This document shows, piece by piece, positions 23,762-36,972 of a DNA stretch of 64,000 nucleotides. The first letter of the stretch is position 1. Each line of letters starts with the position of its first letter. Origin of the DNA: Octopus sinensis (Eukaryota); contig NC_043008.1 of NCBI RefSeq assembly GCF_006345805.1, positions 67,146,001-67,210,000 of the forward strand, written 5' to 3'. The notes beneath the pieces are model-generated. The model was not told the DNA's origin, did not search any database, and saw only the letters and a list, made by a program, of their open reading frames with translations. Both the position numbers and the translations under genes were made by a program.

Positions 23762-26426
23762 GTGTGTGTGTGTGTGTGTGACACGCTATCACCTTTAAAA
23801 AAGGAATGATTTAGATCAACGGTTTACTCTTTTAAGATGTATACACATACACTTATGACATTACGCACATGAATGGAAGAAACTTAATCCTATAACAACC
23901 ATATTTGTGATTAAGCCAAATTCATTCTTTTTTCTTATCCCCCTCACTCTCTCTCTCTCCCTCTCTCCCTCTCTCTCTCCAGCTTTCATATCACGCTCTT
24001 TCAAACGGTGTAGATTACGATTACAAAGAAATTTGTATACCAAATTGTTGGAAGGGGGCGAGGGGGTGGAGTTCTGGAAATGGAGTTTCGGATCAGACGG
24101 CCCACATAATTTGGAATTTCTCCGTTTTGACGGGGACTTTTTCCAGTGTTTTTCACCAAAGTCTTCAGAATGATGGGAGGCGTTTTCCACGAAAAAAAGC
24201 AGAAAGTTTTGAAATTTCTTTTCACTCCCACCATCTCCTCACCACCCCAGTCTGAAACGATTTTGACAATTTCTCCCCCCCCCCACCCACACACACTACA
24301 CACTTAAAACCCATGAGAGAAACATTTTCGGTTTTAAAAAATTGTTAATAATTTCAGAGGAAAAATGTGTGATTTAAGGGAGATCTGGCTATTGTTTCAA
24401 CCACATCCCAAAACCTCCCTCGTTTCTTTCTCACTCACACAATCTATTGATATTTTCAATATTTTTCTCCCCATAAACAAATTTTATGGAATGATGATGT
24501 CAAAGTAGCACACGTGTAGTCCTAGTCGAGCGAAGCCGTGTTATGTGTACGAAAAAAAAACCACCTAAAAACATCTTTAGTGTTCAGATTAATCTGTCAA
24601 ATGTAATGCTTATTTGTTCACGTTATTTTGAATTATTCAGGTTCAAGAGGGATGTCCACAATATTTGGTTGTAACTTTGTAAATTTTCTACATACAGATT
24701 AGAAATTTTGTCAGAAGGTGCTTTATATACCACTGGTTTATAGTTATGTAATTTAAGCTGATCTTGCTGAGTAAATTTGGCTTTTATGAGCAGGTAAAAG
24801 CAATAACATTATGGATAAACACTAAAATTGAAATTCTTATGAATCTTATGTTTGATTTGTTACTAAAATTATCCCAGATAGCAACCGACAAAAATTTTGC
24901 CGCTTTTCAGGATAAGGTACATTAATTTGAATTAATTAAAATACAGGTATAATCGGTACAAGATTTTCTTCTTTCAGTAAATATTTCGGTGTGGAATAAT
25001 TTTTTCCATAATTTTTTTTTCGGGTGCATTCAAAGTATCTGACATCCAAACCCGCCGCAAGCTACCTTTTTCTGGAAAAGAAAGGTGGGAGTGGTGGTGG
25101 GGACTTCGAAGTTTCCCACCGAAGGAGTTTTGTTTCGCGATTTTTTTTTTCGTTTTCTGGTTATCTTGCACGCTTTCAACGAATGTGACATCGAAATCAC
25201 GCGTAAGTGGCTCCTTTTTCCAGAAAAGGAAAAATTTGGCTGCTATTTCTAGCATGTCCTGCTATCACGTAACAGCTGTTTGCGTTCACACCGAAATATT
25301 TACCACATTTTTTCCTTCCATTTATTTTTTCTACTTTATGGAAGTCAATATTTTCACTGTTGACATCCACCTCAGCGAGATCACGGATCAACTGGAAACA
25401 CATCAATCACTGTTCCCTCTTGACAGGACAAAGAAATTTCCCGCTGTCTCTGTAAGCAACAAGCGGGTGGATTTGGTTTCAAATCCAGACAAGGCCAAAT
25501 GAGGTCCTACAAGTTATTTATAATAATAAGTTGTGCTATATCGGGATTGAAAGAATGACGCGTATGATATTAAATATGGTAAGACAATCTGACAACAATA
25601 GAAACTTTAAAACTTTTACTGGTTTTTATGAAATTTTGGGGTTTATGGACTTGAGTTAACGGAAGCTAAATTTAACGGAAGTTAATTAGTCCGATAATGA
25701 TTTTCAAAGTTAACTTACAAACTAAATCGTTTACGAAAATGTTAACTTCGTTAATTAACGATTAACGGACTTACGATTAGCTCTGTATGTATGTATGTAT
25801 GTATGTATGTATGTATGTATGTATGTATGTATGTATGTATGTATGTATGTATGTATGTATGTATGTATGTATGTATGTATGTATGTGTGTATGTATGTGT
25901 GTATGTATGTATACAGGAGTAATCTGTTCTCGGCTAAAACTTCATGTAAAGGCGTTAAAGGATGTTTTACTTGTTCATCCATCAATAGTAAACGCATACA
26001 CACACACACACACACACATGTATGTGTGTGCATGTAAATGTATGTATGTATGTATGGTATGTATGTATGTATATGTGCACATGCGATATTTCCTTTGCCT
26101 TGCTTCTGTCGATCCCTGGTTATGCTTTTAGTTTTTAAAAATGAGGGAATTATTAATATTTTCTACATAGAATATGAAAAATTTCAAGCTACATGAAACG
26201 CGTACATGAACGTTAACGAACCGCTTGTATAAGCTCTCCCAGTCATTCATACGCATACGTACTGCACTTATGTTTTGTTATTCAAATTTCAGTTCGTTAA
26301 GCGAATGGGCTCTCTGTCACTAATACGCGTGTGAAGTCTGCTCTAGGTTCGAATCAAATTTCAGCTCGTTATGCGAGTTTAATTTTCTTTAGAAAACCGT
26401 TCGTTATTCAAAATATTCATTTAGAG

Positions 26427-26985
26427 CAGTGGTTCTTAGCCGAGGTCCATATAAGATTTTGTAAAAATTTATCTCCAATAAATTGCTTATATTCGTACAA
26501 TACACAAAATATCTTAATTTTTTTTTTTTTTAATATATATAGTTACTAATGTGAAGGCGCAATGGCCCAGTGGTTAGGGCAGCGGATTCGCGGTCGTAGG
26601 ATCGCGGCTTCGATTCCCAGACCGGGTGTTGTGAGTGTTTATTGAACGAAAACACCTAAAGCTCCACGAGGCTCCGGCAGGAGGTGGTGGCGATCCCTGC
26701 TGTACTCTTTCGCCACAACTTTCTCTCACTCTTTCTTCTGTTGGCCTGCTCATTTAGCCAGCGGGGTGGCATCATTTGAAGGCTGAAACAATGCGAAGCG
26801 CATTGTGACCAGCGATGGGTAGCAACATCTGATAGCCTGGTCGGTCACAGTGATCACGGTGATAGTTACTAATAATATTTAATTATATATAATTTTTTTA
26901 AACATCGAGTGGCTAAGAAGGTTCATTTGAGTAAAATAGGAATCTAAGGGGTCCCTAGGTAAAGAAAAAAAGTTGAGAAACACTG
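26427..26985. mobile_element. hAT-type MITE carrying a nested SINE C (26550-26860, tail type 2)
   Basis: TIRs CAGTGGTTCTTAGC / GTTGAGAAACACTG; imperfect 8-bp TSD ATTTAGAG/ATTTAATG; SINE flanked by duplicated ATAGTTACTAAT. Confidence 0.8.
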
Positions 26986-27019
26986 ATTTAATGAATCGTT
27001 ATGAATGTAATAAAGGACA

Positions 27020-28530
27020 TTTACTTTCAGAGTTCGAACCCTATCGAAATCAACTTTACTTTTCTTCTTTCTGGGGTCGATAAAATAAAGTAGCGGATAT
27101 GTAACTGTAGTCGTTTTAACATGCCTATGAACTAGGGCCACGTGCTTGCAAAACTGTTAGCACGCCGGACAAAATTTCGTCCGTCTTTACGTTCCGAGTT
27201 CAAATTCTGCCGATGTTGACCTTGCCTTTTATCTTCTCGAGGTCATTAAAATAAGTACCAGTTGAGCACTGGGGTCGATGTAATCGACTTACCCCTCCCC
27301 TGAACTTGCTAGCCTTGTGTCAAACTTTGAAATCAATATTTCTGTGAACGTACTGGCAAAACTGTTAGCACGCCGGACAAAATGCTTAGCAGCATTTCGT
27401 CCGTCTTTAACGAACCGTTCAGAGGAGGGGTAAGTCGATTACATCGACCCAATGCTCAACTGGTACTTATTTTAACGACCCCGGAAAGATAAGAGACAAA
27501 GGTGACCGCGGCGCAATTTGAACTAAGTAAATTCCGCCGAGGTCGACTTTACTTTTATCTTTTGGGGGGAGGGTCGTTAAAATAAGTATCTGTTGAATAC
27601 TCTTTTCTATTCTAGACACAAGGCCCGAAATTTTGGGGGAAAGGGGCCAGTCGATTAGATCGACCCCAGCACTCAACTGGTACTTAATTTATCGACTCCG
27701 AAAGGATGAAAAGCAAAGTCCAGCTCGGCGGAATTTGAATTCAGAACATAAAGACAGACGAAATACCGCTAAGCATTTCGCCCGGCGTGCTAACGTTTCT
27801 TATTTCTTTATTGCCCACAAGGGGCTAAACATAGAGGGTACAAACAAGGATAGACAAATGGATTAAGTCGATTACATCGACCCCAGTGCGTAACTGGTAC
27901 TTAATTTATCGACCCTGAAAAGATGAAAGGCAAAGTCGACCTCGGCAGAGTTTGAACCCCGAACATAAAAACAGACAAAATACCAATTTCTTTACTACCC
28001 ACAAGGGGCTAAACCCAGAGAGGACAAACAAGGACAGACAAACGGATTAAGTCGATTACATCGACCTCAGTACGTAACTGGTAGTTAATTTATCGACCCT
28101 GAAAGGATGAAAGGCAAAGTCGACCTCGGCGGAATATGAACTCAGAACCTGACGGCAGACGAAATACGGCTACGCATTTCGCACGGCGTGCTAACGATTC
28201 TGCCAGCTCGCCGCCTTATTATCCGTTGAATACTGGAATCGATGTAATTGACTTACCCACTCCTCCGAAATTGCTGGCCTTGTGCCAAAATTTGAAACTA
28301 ATATTTACGTAAACGACCTGACAGAATCGTTACCGCGCCGGGAAAAACGTTCCGCGACGTTTCTTCTGACTTTACGGTCTGAGTTCAAATGCCACCGCGA
28401 TCGACTTTGCCGTTCATCATTTCGGAGTCAATAGAATAAGTACCAGTTGAGTACGGGGGTCGATGCTATCGACTTATCCCTTGCCTAAAAATTGCTGGCC
28501 TTGTGCCAAAATTTGAACCCAGTATTTCTG
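27020..28530. mobile_element. Cluster of about nine full or partial SINE A copies in both orientations
   Basis: Repeated GGTCGA.AAAATAAGTACCAG domain; head-to-tail minus-strand run at 27605-28216. Confidence 0.85.
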
Positions 28531-28628
28531 TGAAGTTTTCAAGATGTGATAGAAGACGGTGGTGAAGATATTGTCCATTAAAACTTCGTGCTTTATTGAC
28601 AGATAAATTTGAGACATGTGTTTGTGTG

Positions 28629-28670
<42 letters not shown>

Positions 28671-29108
28671 CGCGTGAAGAAGAAAGGTTGTACCATTGCC
28701 TGCTAGTTTTGAACGCTGTAACACGCATTACTGTGCTAACCACAACACCAAAGCAACATAACTTCGCATGACCACCTCAAATTATGAGGCTTAAATTAAT
28801 AGTTATAATGACAAAAATAGTGATTCGTAAACAGAGATCTCAATCAATGCAATTTTTAAGACACAGTATTATATGCGCGCGCGCGTGTTGTTTACATATA
28901 AACATGTGAAAAGGGCACTGACTGAAAATTGCGTGTTATTTTAAATCTTTCTTGTCTTCCTCTTTCTTTTCTCTCTTTCCGCCTCTGTCTATCTATCTTT
29001 CTTCTCTCTCTCTCTCTCTCTCTCTTTATATGTGTGTGTGTGTGTGTGCGTGAGTGTGTTGGGTCATCCCATAAATAATGCGGTTTTTCTTATACATCTT
29101 TTATTTTT

Positions 29109-29147
<39 letters not shown>

Positions 29148-31082
29148 GATGGGCTTCTTTCAGTTTCTATATACCAAATCTACTCACAAGGCTCTGGTCG
29201 GCCTGAGGGTATAGCAGAAGACACTTGCCCAAGGTGGAATGCAGTGGGACTGAACCCGGAACCATGTCACTGTAGATATTTAATTCTTTTATTATAAATG
29301 TAACACATACATATATACGTACATAAATACATACGTGTGTGTGTGCGTGCGCGCGCATGCTTGTATAGAAACTACACTGCGTTGACCCGAATGAAGACGA
29401 CAGCACTCGATACAAACCATTGAGTATATTGGTATATGTAAAGTGAATTATTTTCTTGTAGCTATAAGAATGTAACCATATATGGAGGTGCGTGGGCGTG
29501 TATGAATAGGAATAGATTTTCTTTCGTATGTGTTGCTTTAAAAACACAGCTATACTCGATACTTTTTCCTTATTAGCTTTTATCTTAATTCTTGTTCTTA
29601 CTTCCAATATTCTATTAGTAATTGAAGACTTGGAAAGTCTTCTTCCCCCCCCCCGACACACACACACACACACACTTATTTCCAAATTTGTTAATTTTAA
29701 AAATTTTTCTTTCTTTGCCAAAAATCTCCGTTTTCAGATACGGGGGTTCCGGAAAACTGCCAAAAATCGGCATTGTTAAATTTCCCCTTTCCCCCAAATT
29801 CTTCAATTTTGGATTTTTTCCTCTCAACTCTAACCCTAACCCCCTAACCCTAACCCTAAATCCCCAATCTTACCCGTAACCACAGAAATGTTTTGAAATT
29901 TTGTCCGAATCCATAATGTCCGTATTTTTCCGCATATTTAGAAAAAAAAATATTCTTAAAAAAAAATTTTACAAAAATTTTTGGAAATTTTTTTTCAAAT
30001 CATAATCTCCGTATTTTTCCGCATATTTTGAAAATTAAACAAATTTCTAAAAAAAGTAAGAAATGAAGGAAATGGGGGTGGGGTGGATGGTAATTTTAAA
30101 ATATCAATTTTTGCCAATTTTTTGGCAGATTCGTATTCCCCGTAGCCGAAGAGTGGGGTTTGTGTCGAAAAAAAAATTTTTTTAAGGGTGGTTTTTTTCT
30201 TTGGTGTGGGGTGTGACGGCCGGAAGTCTTGCCGAAGACTTTCCTTAAACCATAATCGAAATGGAGTGATAGTAACAATATCATGTTGTTCGCATGCTTA
30301 GCAGTATCTCACACAAAAAATCATGGGGCGATGTTATAAATTGTCTACACTCGGTTTTAAAATTGTACAACGATTAAGTCTTGATTGATATAATTATCAA
30401 TTTTACGAATGATGTAGCTGTGTGTTAATTTTTCGTTTGTATTTTACTCTTTGTAAGGCTTCTGTAATTATTCTTCTTATTTTGGGAAGCAATTCTATAT
30501 AAAACTGTCAACTAACGGTTGTCTCCTATCTAATTTTATTTTGTGTACAGTATTATAATGTTGCGGTGGTTCCTTGCTGTACATCGAAAGTCAACCGATA
30601 AGAAAGAGTCATGCTTGTGTGCCATACAACTTTCGTGTCGTACGACACTTGTTTCTGACTGTTTTAATACGACTCCCCCCAACTCTCTCTCTTTTCTTTT
30701 ACATTTTCCACTCAATCTCCCTATCTCTTACACTACACATCTCTCAGCTATAGAATTTGAATACTGAATGTGTAAGTTATAAAAAGACTCTAAAAACCAG
30801 AACCCAGTATCTATTTACAACTAACCACAAATTCTCAGAAAATATTACAACACCAGAAAGAAAAAAAACTCCCTTCACCTACACGAAACCATAAGTTGAA
30901 ACTACAGTATACTTCAAACAACCAATTTAAATCACAAATTTCAATGTAAACATGAAAATTGTAAACTTCATGACTCAGACTGTAAGATCAGACACACAAA
31001 TACGATACCATCTTACCAGTCGACGAAACTTTTTCGCCAAGTATTTTCGACCACCCCATACGCAGAAGACAACAATTACTTC

Positions 31083-31516
31083 GGATCTTTTCGGTTTGAA
31101 CAGCAGTTTTTTCTAGCGGTGTCATATGAAATTGTCACCCATAATTATGACCCTAGTATCGATCTATTGCATCTCAATCTATTTTAGGGTTAGGGTTAGT
31201 TAGGGTTAGGGTTATGGGTGGGGGAAAGGGTTTCTTTTTTTCTTGACAAATGTAAATAAACCCAATCTGTTTCTTAAACGAGGGACATATTCATACGGCA
31301 CAGAATGTTGTTTACCTCAATGGACGTCAGTGATTGGTTGAAATTGCAGAAATTGAAGAAAAAAACAACATATATCTTACAAACTATCGAATTTTCTCAA
31401 ATAAAGCTAAGAGAAAAAGATGTTTTATAAACACATTCTACCAGTATACGAAGTTTAAAAGTGTTTAGTTACGTGGAAATTACTTTAAAAAACTGCCGTT
31501 CAAACCGAAAAGATCC
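31083..31516. mobile_element. Merlin-like MITE with 30-bp TIRs, 8-bp TSD and an internal (TTAGGG)n tract
   Basis: GGATCTTTTCGGTTTGAACAGCAGTTTTTT / AAAAAACTGCCGTTCAAACCGAAAAGATCC; TSD ATTACTTC on both sides; GG..CC termini. Confidence 0.8.
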
Positions 31517-32038
31517 ATTACTTCCTCTATTTTTTCCACCTGTCTTTCCTGTCCAACCGATCGGATGCCTTATCGCTGTGTCCTTCTCTTTTCTGCTTTT
31601 CGTTACACGTCAAAAATCTTAAATCTCCTAATATTCACATTACTTCCAACTTTGCTCTTCGTTTCTTATCCATTTTTCTTTTTTTTTTTTTTGCACGTTG
31701 AAAGATTCTATATTCCTCTGTTTTGTTTTGTTTCATAACTTTTTTCCGATATCATCCTTGTACATTTGTTTTTCTCGTTAATATTCGATTTACATCCACA
31801 GATATACATACACACATACACACAAATGTATATATTATGTTTGTACGTTTGTGTGTGTGTGCATACACACACACGCGCACACACACATGCACACACACAC
31901 ACATATATATATATGTCTTGTTTACCATTTGTTTTTCTCGTTGTTCGCAAAAAAGTTTGTCTTCGTATTTCATGTTTTTCGTATTTCGGATTTCATGTTT
32001 TATCATTTCATATTGTTTACGTTTTCTGACATCCTGTA

Positions 32039-32076
<38 letters not shown>

Positions 32077-32077
<1 letters not shown>

Positions 32078-32589
32078 TAGCAGTATCGCCCGGCGTTGCT
32101 CGGGTTTGTAAGGGAATAACTATATAAGCATTTTTAGAGAGTTACTTCCCTTATAGATGCCAATTCGGGCTTTCTTAGCCATTTCTGTTTTGGTGTCTTC
32201 AAGCCATGAAGTCGTTGTTCTAAAAGAACGCTGGTCTCCTTGACACGCATTACGACGTTGATTTCCTTACACCCCCTTCCCCACAGCTTCACGGGGGAGG
32301 GAAAGGGGGAGAAGCAAACACAGGTGCAGGTGTTTGAGCGTGGACGCCAACTCCGCCGCCATCGACACACGAAAAATTATGCATTAAAATGGAATAAAAA
32401 ATGATGTAAAATTATTTTTTAAATCGTAGACTCATCGTAGACGCGCGCTAATAGCCAGACGGGCTCGATATTAATTACGACTATAAGATACCCGAATTTG
32501 GTTAAACTGCACCGCAAAATGTGGGAGGAGTTAGGAATCTAAATCGTAGGAGACAGACACTCACACAACTACAGTTTTATATATATAGA
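32077..32589 (-). mobile_element. Non-autonomous Helitron
   Basis: Minus strand A|TC ... CCCGAGCAACGCCGGG hairpin ... CTAG|T. Confidence 0.9.
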
Positions 32590-32660
32590 TATATATATAA
32601 TACATATATATACACACATATATATATATATACATATATAAATACATATATATATATACA

Positions 32661-32860
32661 TATATATGTCAGTATGTACATATATGCATGTCAGTATGTA
32701 CATATATGTCAGTATGTACATATATGCATGTCAGTATGTACATATATGTCAGTATGTACATATATGCATGTCAGTATGTACATATATGTCAGTATGTACA
32801 TATATGCATGTCAGTATGTACATATATGTCAGTATGTACATATATGCATGTCAGTATGTA
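32661..32860 (+). repeat. Five 40-bp units, each built from 18-bp and 22-bp subunits
   Basis: CATATATGTCAGTATGTACATATATGCATGTCAGTATGTA starts at 32661, 32701, 32741, 32781 and 32821. Confidence 0.95.
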
Positions 32861-32897
32861 CATATATGCATGTATATGTGCCTATATATATATATGA

Positions 32898-35790
32898 TTT
32901 CGAATAGTGTCACGGACACATACAAAAAAGACAACACGAATATATACAAAGAGGTGAACTTAGAAGCAAGAGGAATAGCTAACGATCTTAAGATTAGCGA
33001 TAGGATTGAATACCTTTCACCACGACCAGCTTTTATTACTCTGAAAGACCATAAAGCCAATTTTAGTAGAAACCCCAAATGTAGATTGATAAATCCGGCT
33101 AAAACTGAGATAGGAATTATTAGCAAAAATATTTTGGACCGTATTTTAGTTAAGTTAGATAGTGAAGTAGACTTGAGAATTTGGAATAGAAAGTAAGTCA
33201 GTTATAGAGTGGTTTAAAGGTATTAGCTATAAGAATAATTGTAGTTTCACACAATTCGACATTATTGACTTTTACCCGTCAATATCTAGGACGTTGCTCC
33301 TAAGGGCATTGGACTTCGCCAAGCAGTATGTCAACATCGATAGCTCGGAAATTGAAATTATTATGCATGCGAGGAAATCGCTTCTTTTTTTCGAGGATTC
33401 CACCTGGATTAAGAAGACTGAGGATTCTCTTTTCGATTACCGATGGGGGCATACGACGGGGCTGAATTATGTATGCTCATAGGAGCCTTTATTTTCCATA
33501 ATCTAAAAATAGAATTCCCATTTATAGATGCAGGTTTATATAGGGATGACGGCCTTATAGCCACGCATAATCTAAACGGCCATGAATCAGATAGACTTAG
33601 GAAGGACCTTATAGCTTTCTTTCAAAGGATGGGCTTACGGGTTACGATAGATGCTAACCTGAATAGTGTAGATTTTTTAGACGTAAATTTTAATGTAAGA
33701 TCGGATAAATTTAAACCTTTCCGTAAGCCCAATGAAACTATCGTATAATAGCAAGATTCGAACCATCCAGCCATCGACATCCACCAGTTATCCTTAGGAA
33801 CTTAGTCAGCAATGTAGGTAGAAGAATATCTTCAATTTCTTCGGACGAGGCAGCATTCCATAATGCTGCACCTTATTACGATAGCGCATTAAAGAATAGT
33901 GGATTCTCTGAGAAGATCCAGTTCAACCAGCTTAATGCTGATAATAATGCTGCACGAAGAACTAGGACCAGGAAAGTTTTGTGGTTCAACCCGGCTTTCA
34001 ATTTGGCCGTAAAGACTAATATAGGTAAGGAATTTTTGAGATTAGTCTCTAAGCAGGGTCATAAATTCTACAGAATATTTAATAGAAGAACCCTGAAGGT
34101 TAGCTATTCTTGTTGCAGAAATTTCGCCTCTTACATTAGCCAACATAATAGGAAGCTAATTGAGATTATGTAATTTCAAAAACGAAAGCTCCTGTCCGTT
34201 AGAAGGGAAATGTCTAGTGAAAGGAGTAGTTTATAGAGCCAAGGTGCAAGTGGAAGGCTCATCGGAATACAAGACATACACAGGGGCTTCAGAAAATTCA
34301 TTTAAAACAAGATTTTATTCTCATAAAAATTCATTTAAATACCCAGAGAATAGGAAGAAAACCAGCCTAGCAAAATATGTCTGGGAACTAAAAGAAAAGG
34401 AAGCCCCACCTTTCAACGTGACATGGAGCATTCTGGACAGGGCGGCACCATACAGGCATGGAGCTTACAAAAATAATTTCAAGTGCAGACTTTGTCTATT
34501 AGAGAAAATGTACATCTTATTCAAAGACATAATTCTTTGAATCAAAGAAGTGAGTTAATGAACTTATGTAGGCACGCGGCTAAATTTAAAATGTCGAATA
34601 TAAATATACCATATGGATAGAGTATATATTTTGTATTTTGATTTTGATTTTGATTTTGACTCTTGAGCGCTACGATGATTTTGATTTTGATTTTGTTTTT
34701 GTTTTGTTTCCACTATGCGGATCTTAATCCGTATAGCAAAGTCTTATGTTTCTATATATATTAGGAAAAACCTACAAACCTTTGTTTTCATGTTATTGTA
34801 TTGCATAGGATTACCTTGATTATTTATATTACCTTGATTATTTATAATGACCCAAAATAGGATGTTATATTTTATTTTATATGTCTTTCGTATATATTTT
34901 TTATTAATGCACCCATTTTTTAAAAGCAATGTTTTTTAAAAAAAGCAATGTTGTCAAAATTATAATGTTTATATAAGTATGTGTATAGCAAAGCATATGT
35001 ATTTGTAAGCATGCGTATCTGTGTATGTGTAAGTGAAAGTATGTTTGTGCTTAAGCACACATATACACGACGGTATGTATATGTATCCATTCAAACTTGT
35101 GTATGTATACTGGTCTCTATAGATGCCAATAACAGCGTTACACTGCCTGTATACAAAAAAATTTTTCTTATTTTTATTATTTCGTTTTTTCCCCACCCCT
35201 CCTTCGTTCCTTTTTCTCTCTCTCCCTTTCTTTCGTTCCCCCTCCTTGCCCAGTATATGAGAATTGCTACATAGATGAATTTTAGCTTGCGTGCGAGACG
35301 GTTTGCGTGAATATATGTACACATGCTTTTATGTGTATATTTAAATTTATATTCATACGTCTGTATATGTATGTATGGCGTTTACGCGCATCCTTTTGTG
35401 TATGTTGATATATATATGTAGATTTTAATATAAATATGTATTGCAGTATTTATAACAGTTTAATTTCTATGCATTAATTTGCACTGTCTTCATTAACGCC
35501 AATGGTTTTTTCCTCGGATTTTATATTTTTTATAAGTTTTTTATATATAATTTTTATAAGTTTTTTATATATATATACATATATCTTTGACCTTTTTGTT
35601 TATCGCTCGAAGATTGACCGTTTTTTCTAAAGGGCCAATCAAACAAGTCCATTTCTTTTTAAAGGTGTAGCGTTTGTAAGAGTATAGATTGAATTGATAT
35701 ATCAGTTCCATTCTAGCAAAAACTGTCTGATGAACGGCAACGAGAAACTCAGAGTAACAGATTTTGTTGAATTTTCTGCTGCTTAAAATA
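32898..35790 (+). mobile_element. Penelope-like retroelement (Naiad-type), 5'-truncated, frameshifted RT plus GIY-YIG and ~1.1-kb 3' region
   Basis: LKDHKANF..PKCRLINP, FDIIDFYPSI, MGAYDGAE, YRDDG, CNx..CPLEGKCL linker, VVY..YTG, CRLCLLEK. Confidence 0.9.
35723..35760 (+). ncRNA. Minimal type I hammerhead at the 3' end of the PLE
   Basis: CTGT-CTGATGA-A-CG GCAA CG-A-GAAA-CTC A GAG-TA-ACAG; predicted cleavage after 35756. Confidence 0.85.
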
Positions 35791-36557
35791 AAATATATAT
35801 ATATATATATCTATATATATATATATATATTATTATTATATTTGAACGCCACGCATCCATTTCCAAGTAAGTTTACCTTCATAATTTTGATGCGATTCTT
35901 CTCTGTACTGTGCTCTCTCTCTCTTCCTTTCTCTAATTTTTTCTCTCCTCTCCCTTTCTCTCATTCTTTCCCCTCTCGTCCTTTGCCCGCTCATCCTTTC
36001 TCTAATTCTTTTTTCTCCCCTTCACCGTTTTCTATTTGTCCCTCCCCCTCTCTCTCCCTCCTCCTTATTTACTCTCTGATGGCTCACACGTGACCATCGT
36101 CCATCTTTTTTTCCACATGTGTTCATCTTTCTTTTTTTCTGTTCTGGTGCACAGACAAGAGGTATTCTTGTCTATCACCTCTCCTATCTTTTCTCCTGTC
36201 AAAGAATATTCTTCAGCTTTCGCTTTCTTACCCCGCCTGGCTTAGTAGCCCTCAGTATTTGTTTCACTGTCCTGTTTTTGTTACCAACTTTGACCCTCCG
36301 CAAAATCCCAAATTTTATTTTGGTTTGCGGGAGCAACTGTTTTCTCGAAGGCACATAATGTCGTGAATTGCTCGAAACGTGGAGTAGATAATCAGCTGAC
36401 AACTGATGAAGGCTCGTTCTGTATGTTACTTGTCTTGTTCGCAAAAAAAGTTTGTCTTCGTATTTCCTGTTGTTTACGTTTTGTGACGGCCTGTACCCAT
36501 ATATGCACACACACACACACACACAAGCACACACAAGCACACACACATACACACACA

Positions 36558-36623
<66 letters not shown>

Positions 36624-36702
36624 GAGAGATAAATATACTGACAGACAGGCAGATACACAAGCAGATAGATAGAAAGACAAACAGGCAGATAGACAGACAG
36701 GC

Positions 36703-36757
<55 letters not shown>

Positions 36758-36766
36758 TAGATAGAT

Positions 36767-36811
<45 letters not shown>

Positions 36812-36972
36812 TTATCTATCTATCTATCCACCTATCTATGTATGTATCAATCTTCTATCCATGCATACATACATACATACATACATACATACATACATAC
36901 ACACACACACATACATACATACATACATACATACATACATACATACATACATACATACATACATACATACAT

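Noticed and set aside
25197-25406. Minus-strand ORF with possible splice sites (LIRDLAEVDVNSENIDFHK)
   Set aside because: It overlaps a dispersed repeat fragment (GCTAGAAATAGCAGCCAAAT, also near 19450, 21310 and 60610), has no recognisable homology, and its splice sites are weak.
29830-31216. Chromosome-fusion scar suggested by telomeric repeats in opposite orientations
   Set aside because: The tracts are short, 1.3 kb apart, and at least one lies within a TSD-flanked MITE.
32898-35790. Selenocysteine recoding and a SECIS element, reported for some Naiad PLEs
   Set aside because: The conserved Cys positions I could read are TGT/TGC or a missense change, not TGA, and no convincing SECIS was seen by eye.
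36320-36500. GAAAC..CTGATGA in a PLE-like end family (also 58190-58390, 4560-4950, and a degenerate copy at 49011-49045)
   Set aside because: The motif order or stems do not close a hammerhead; at best these are decayed remnants.
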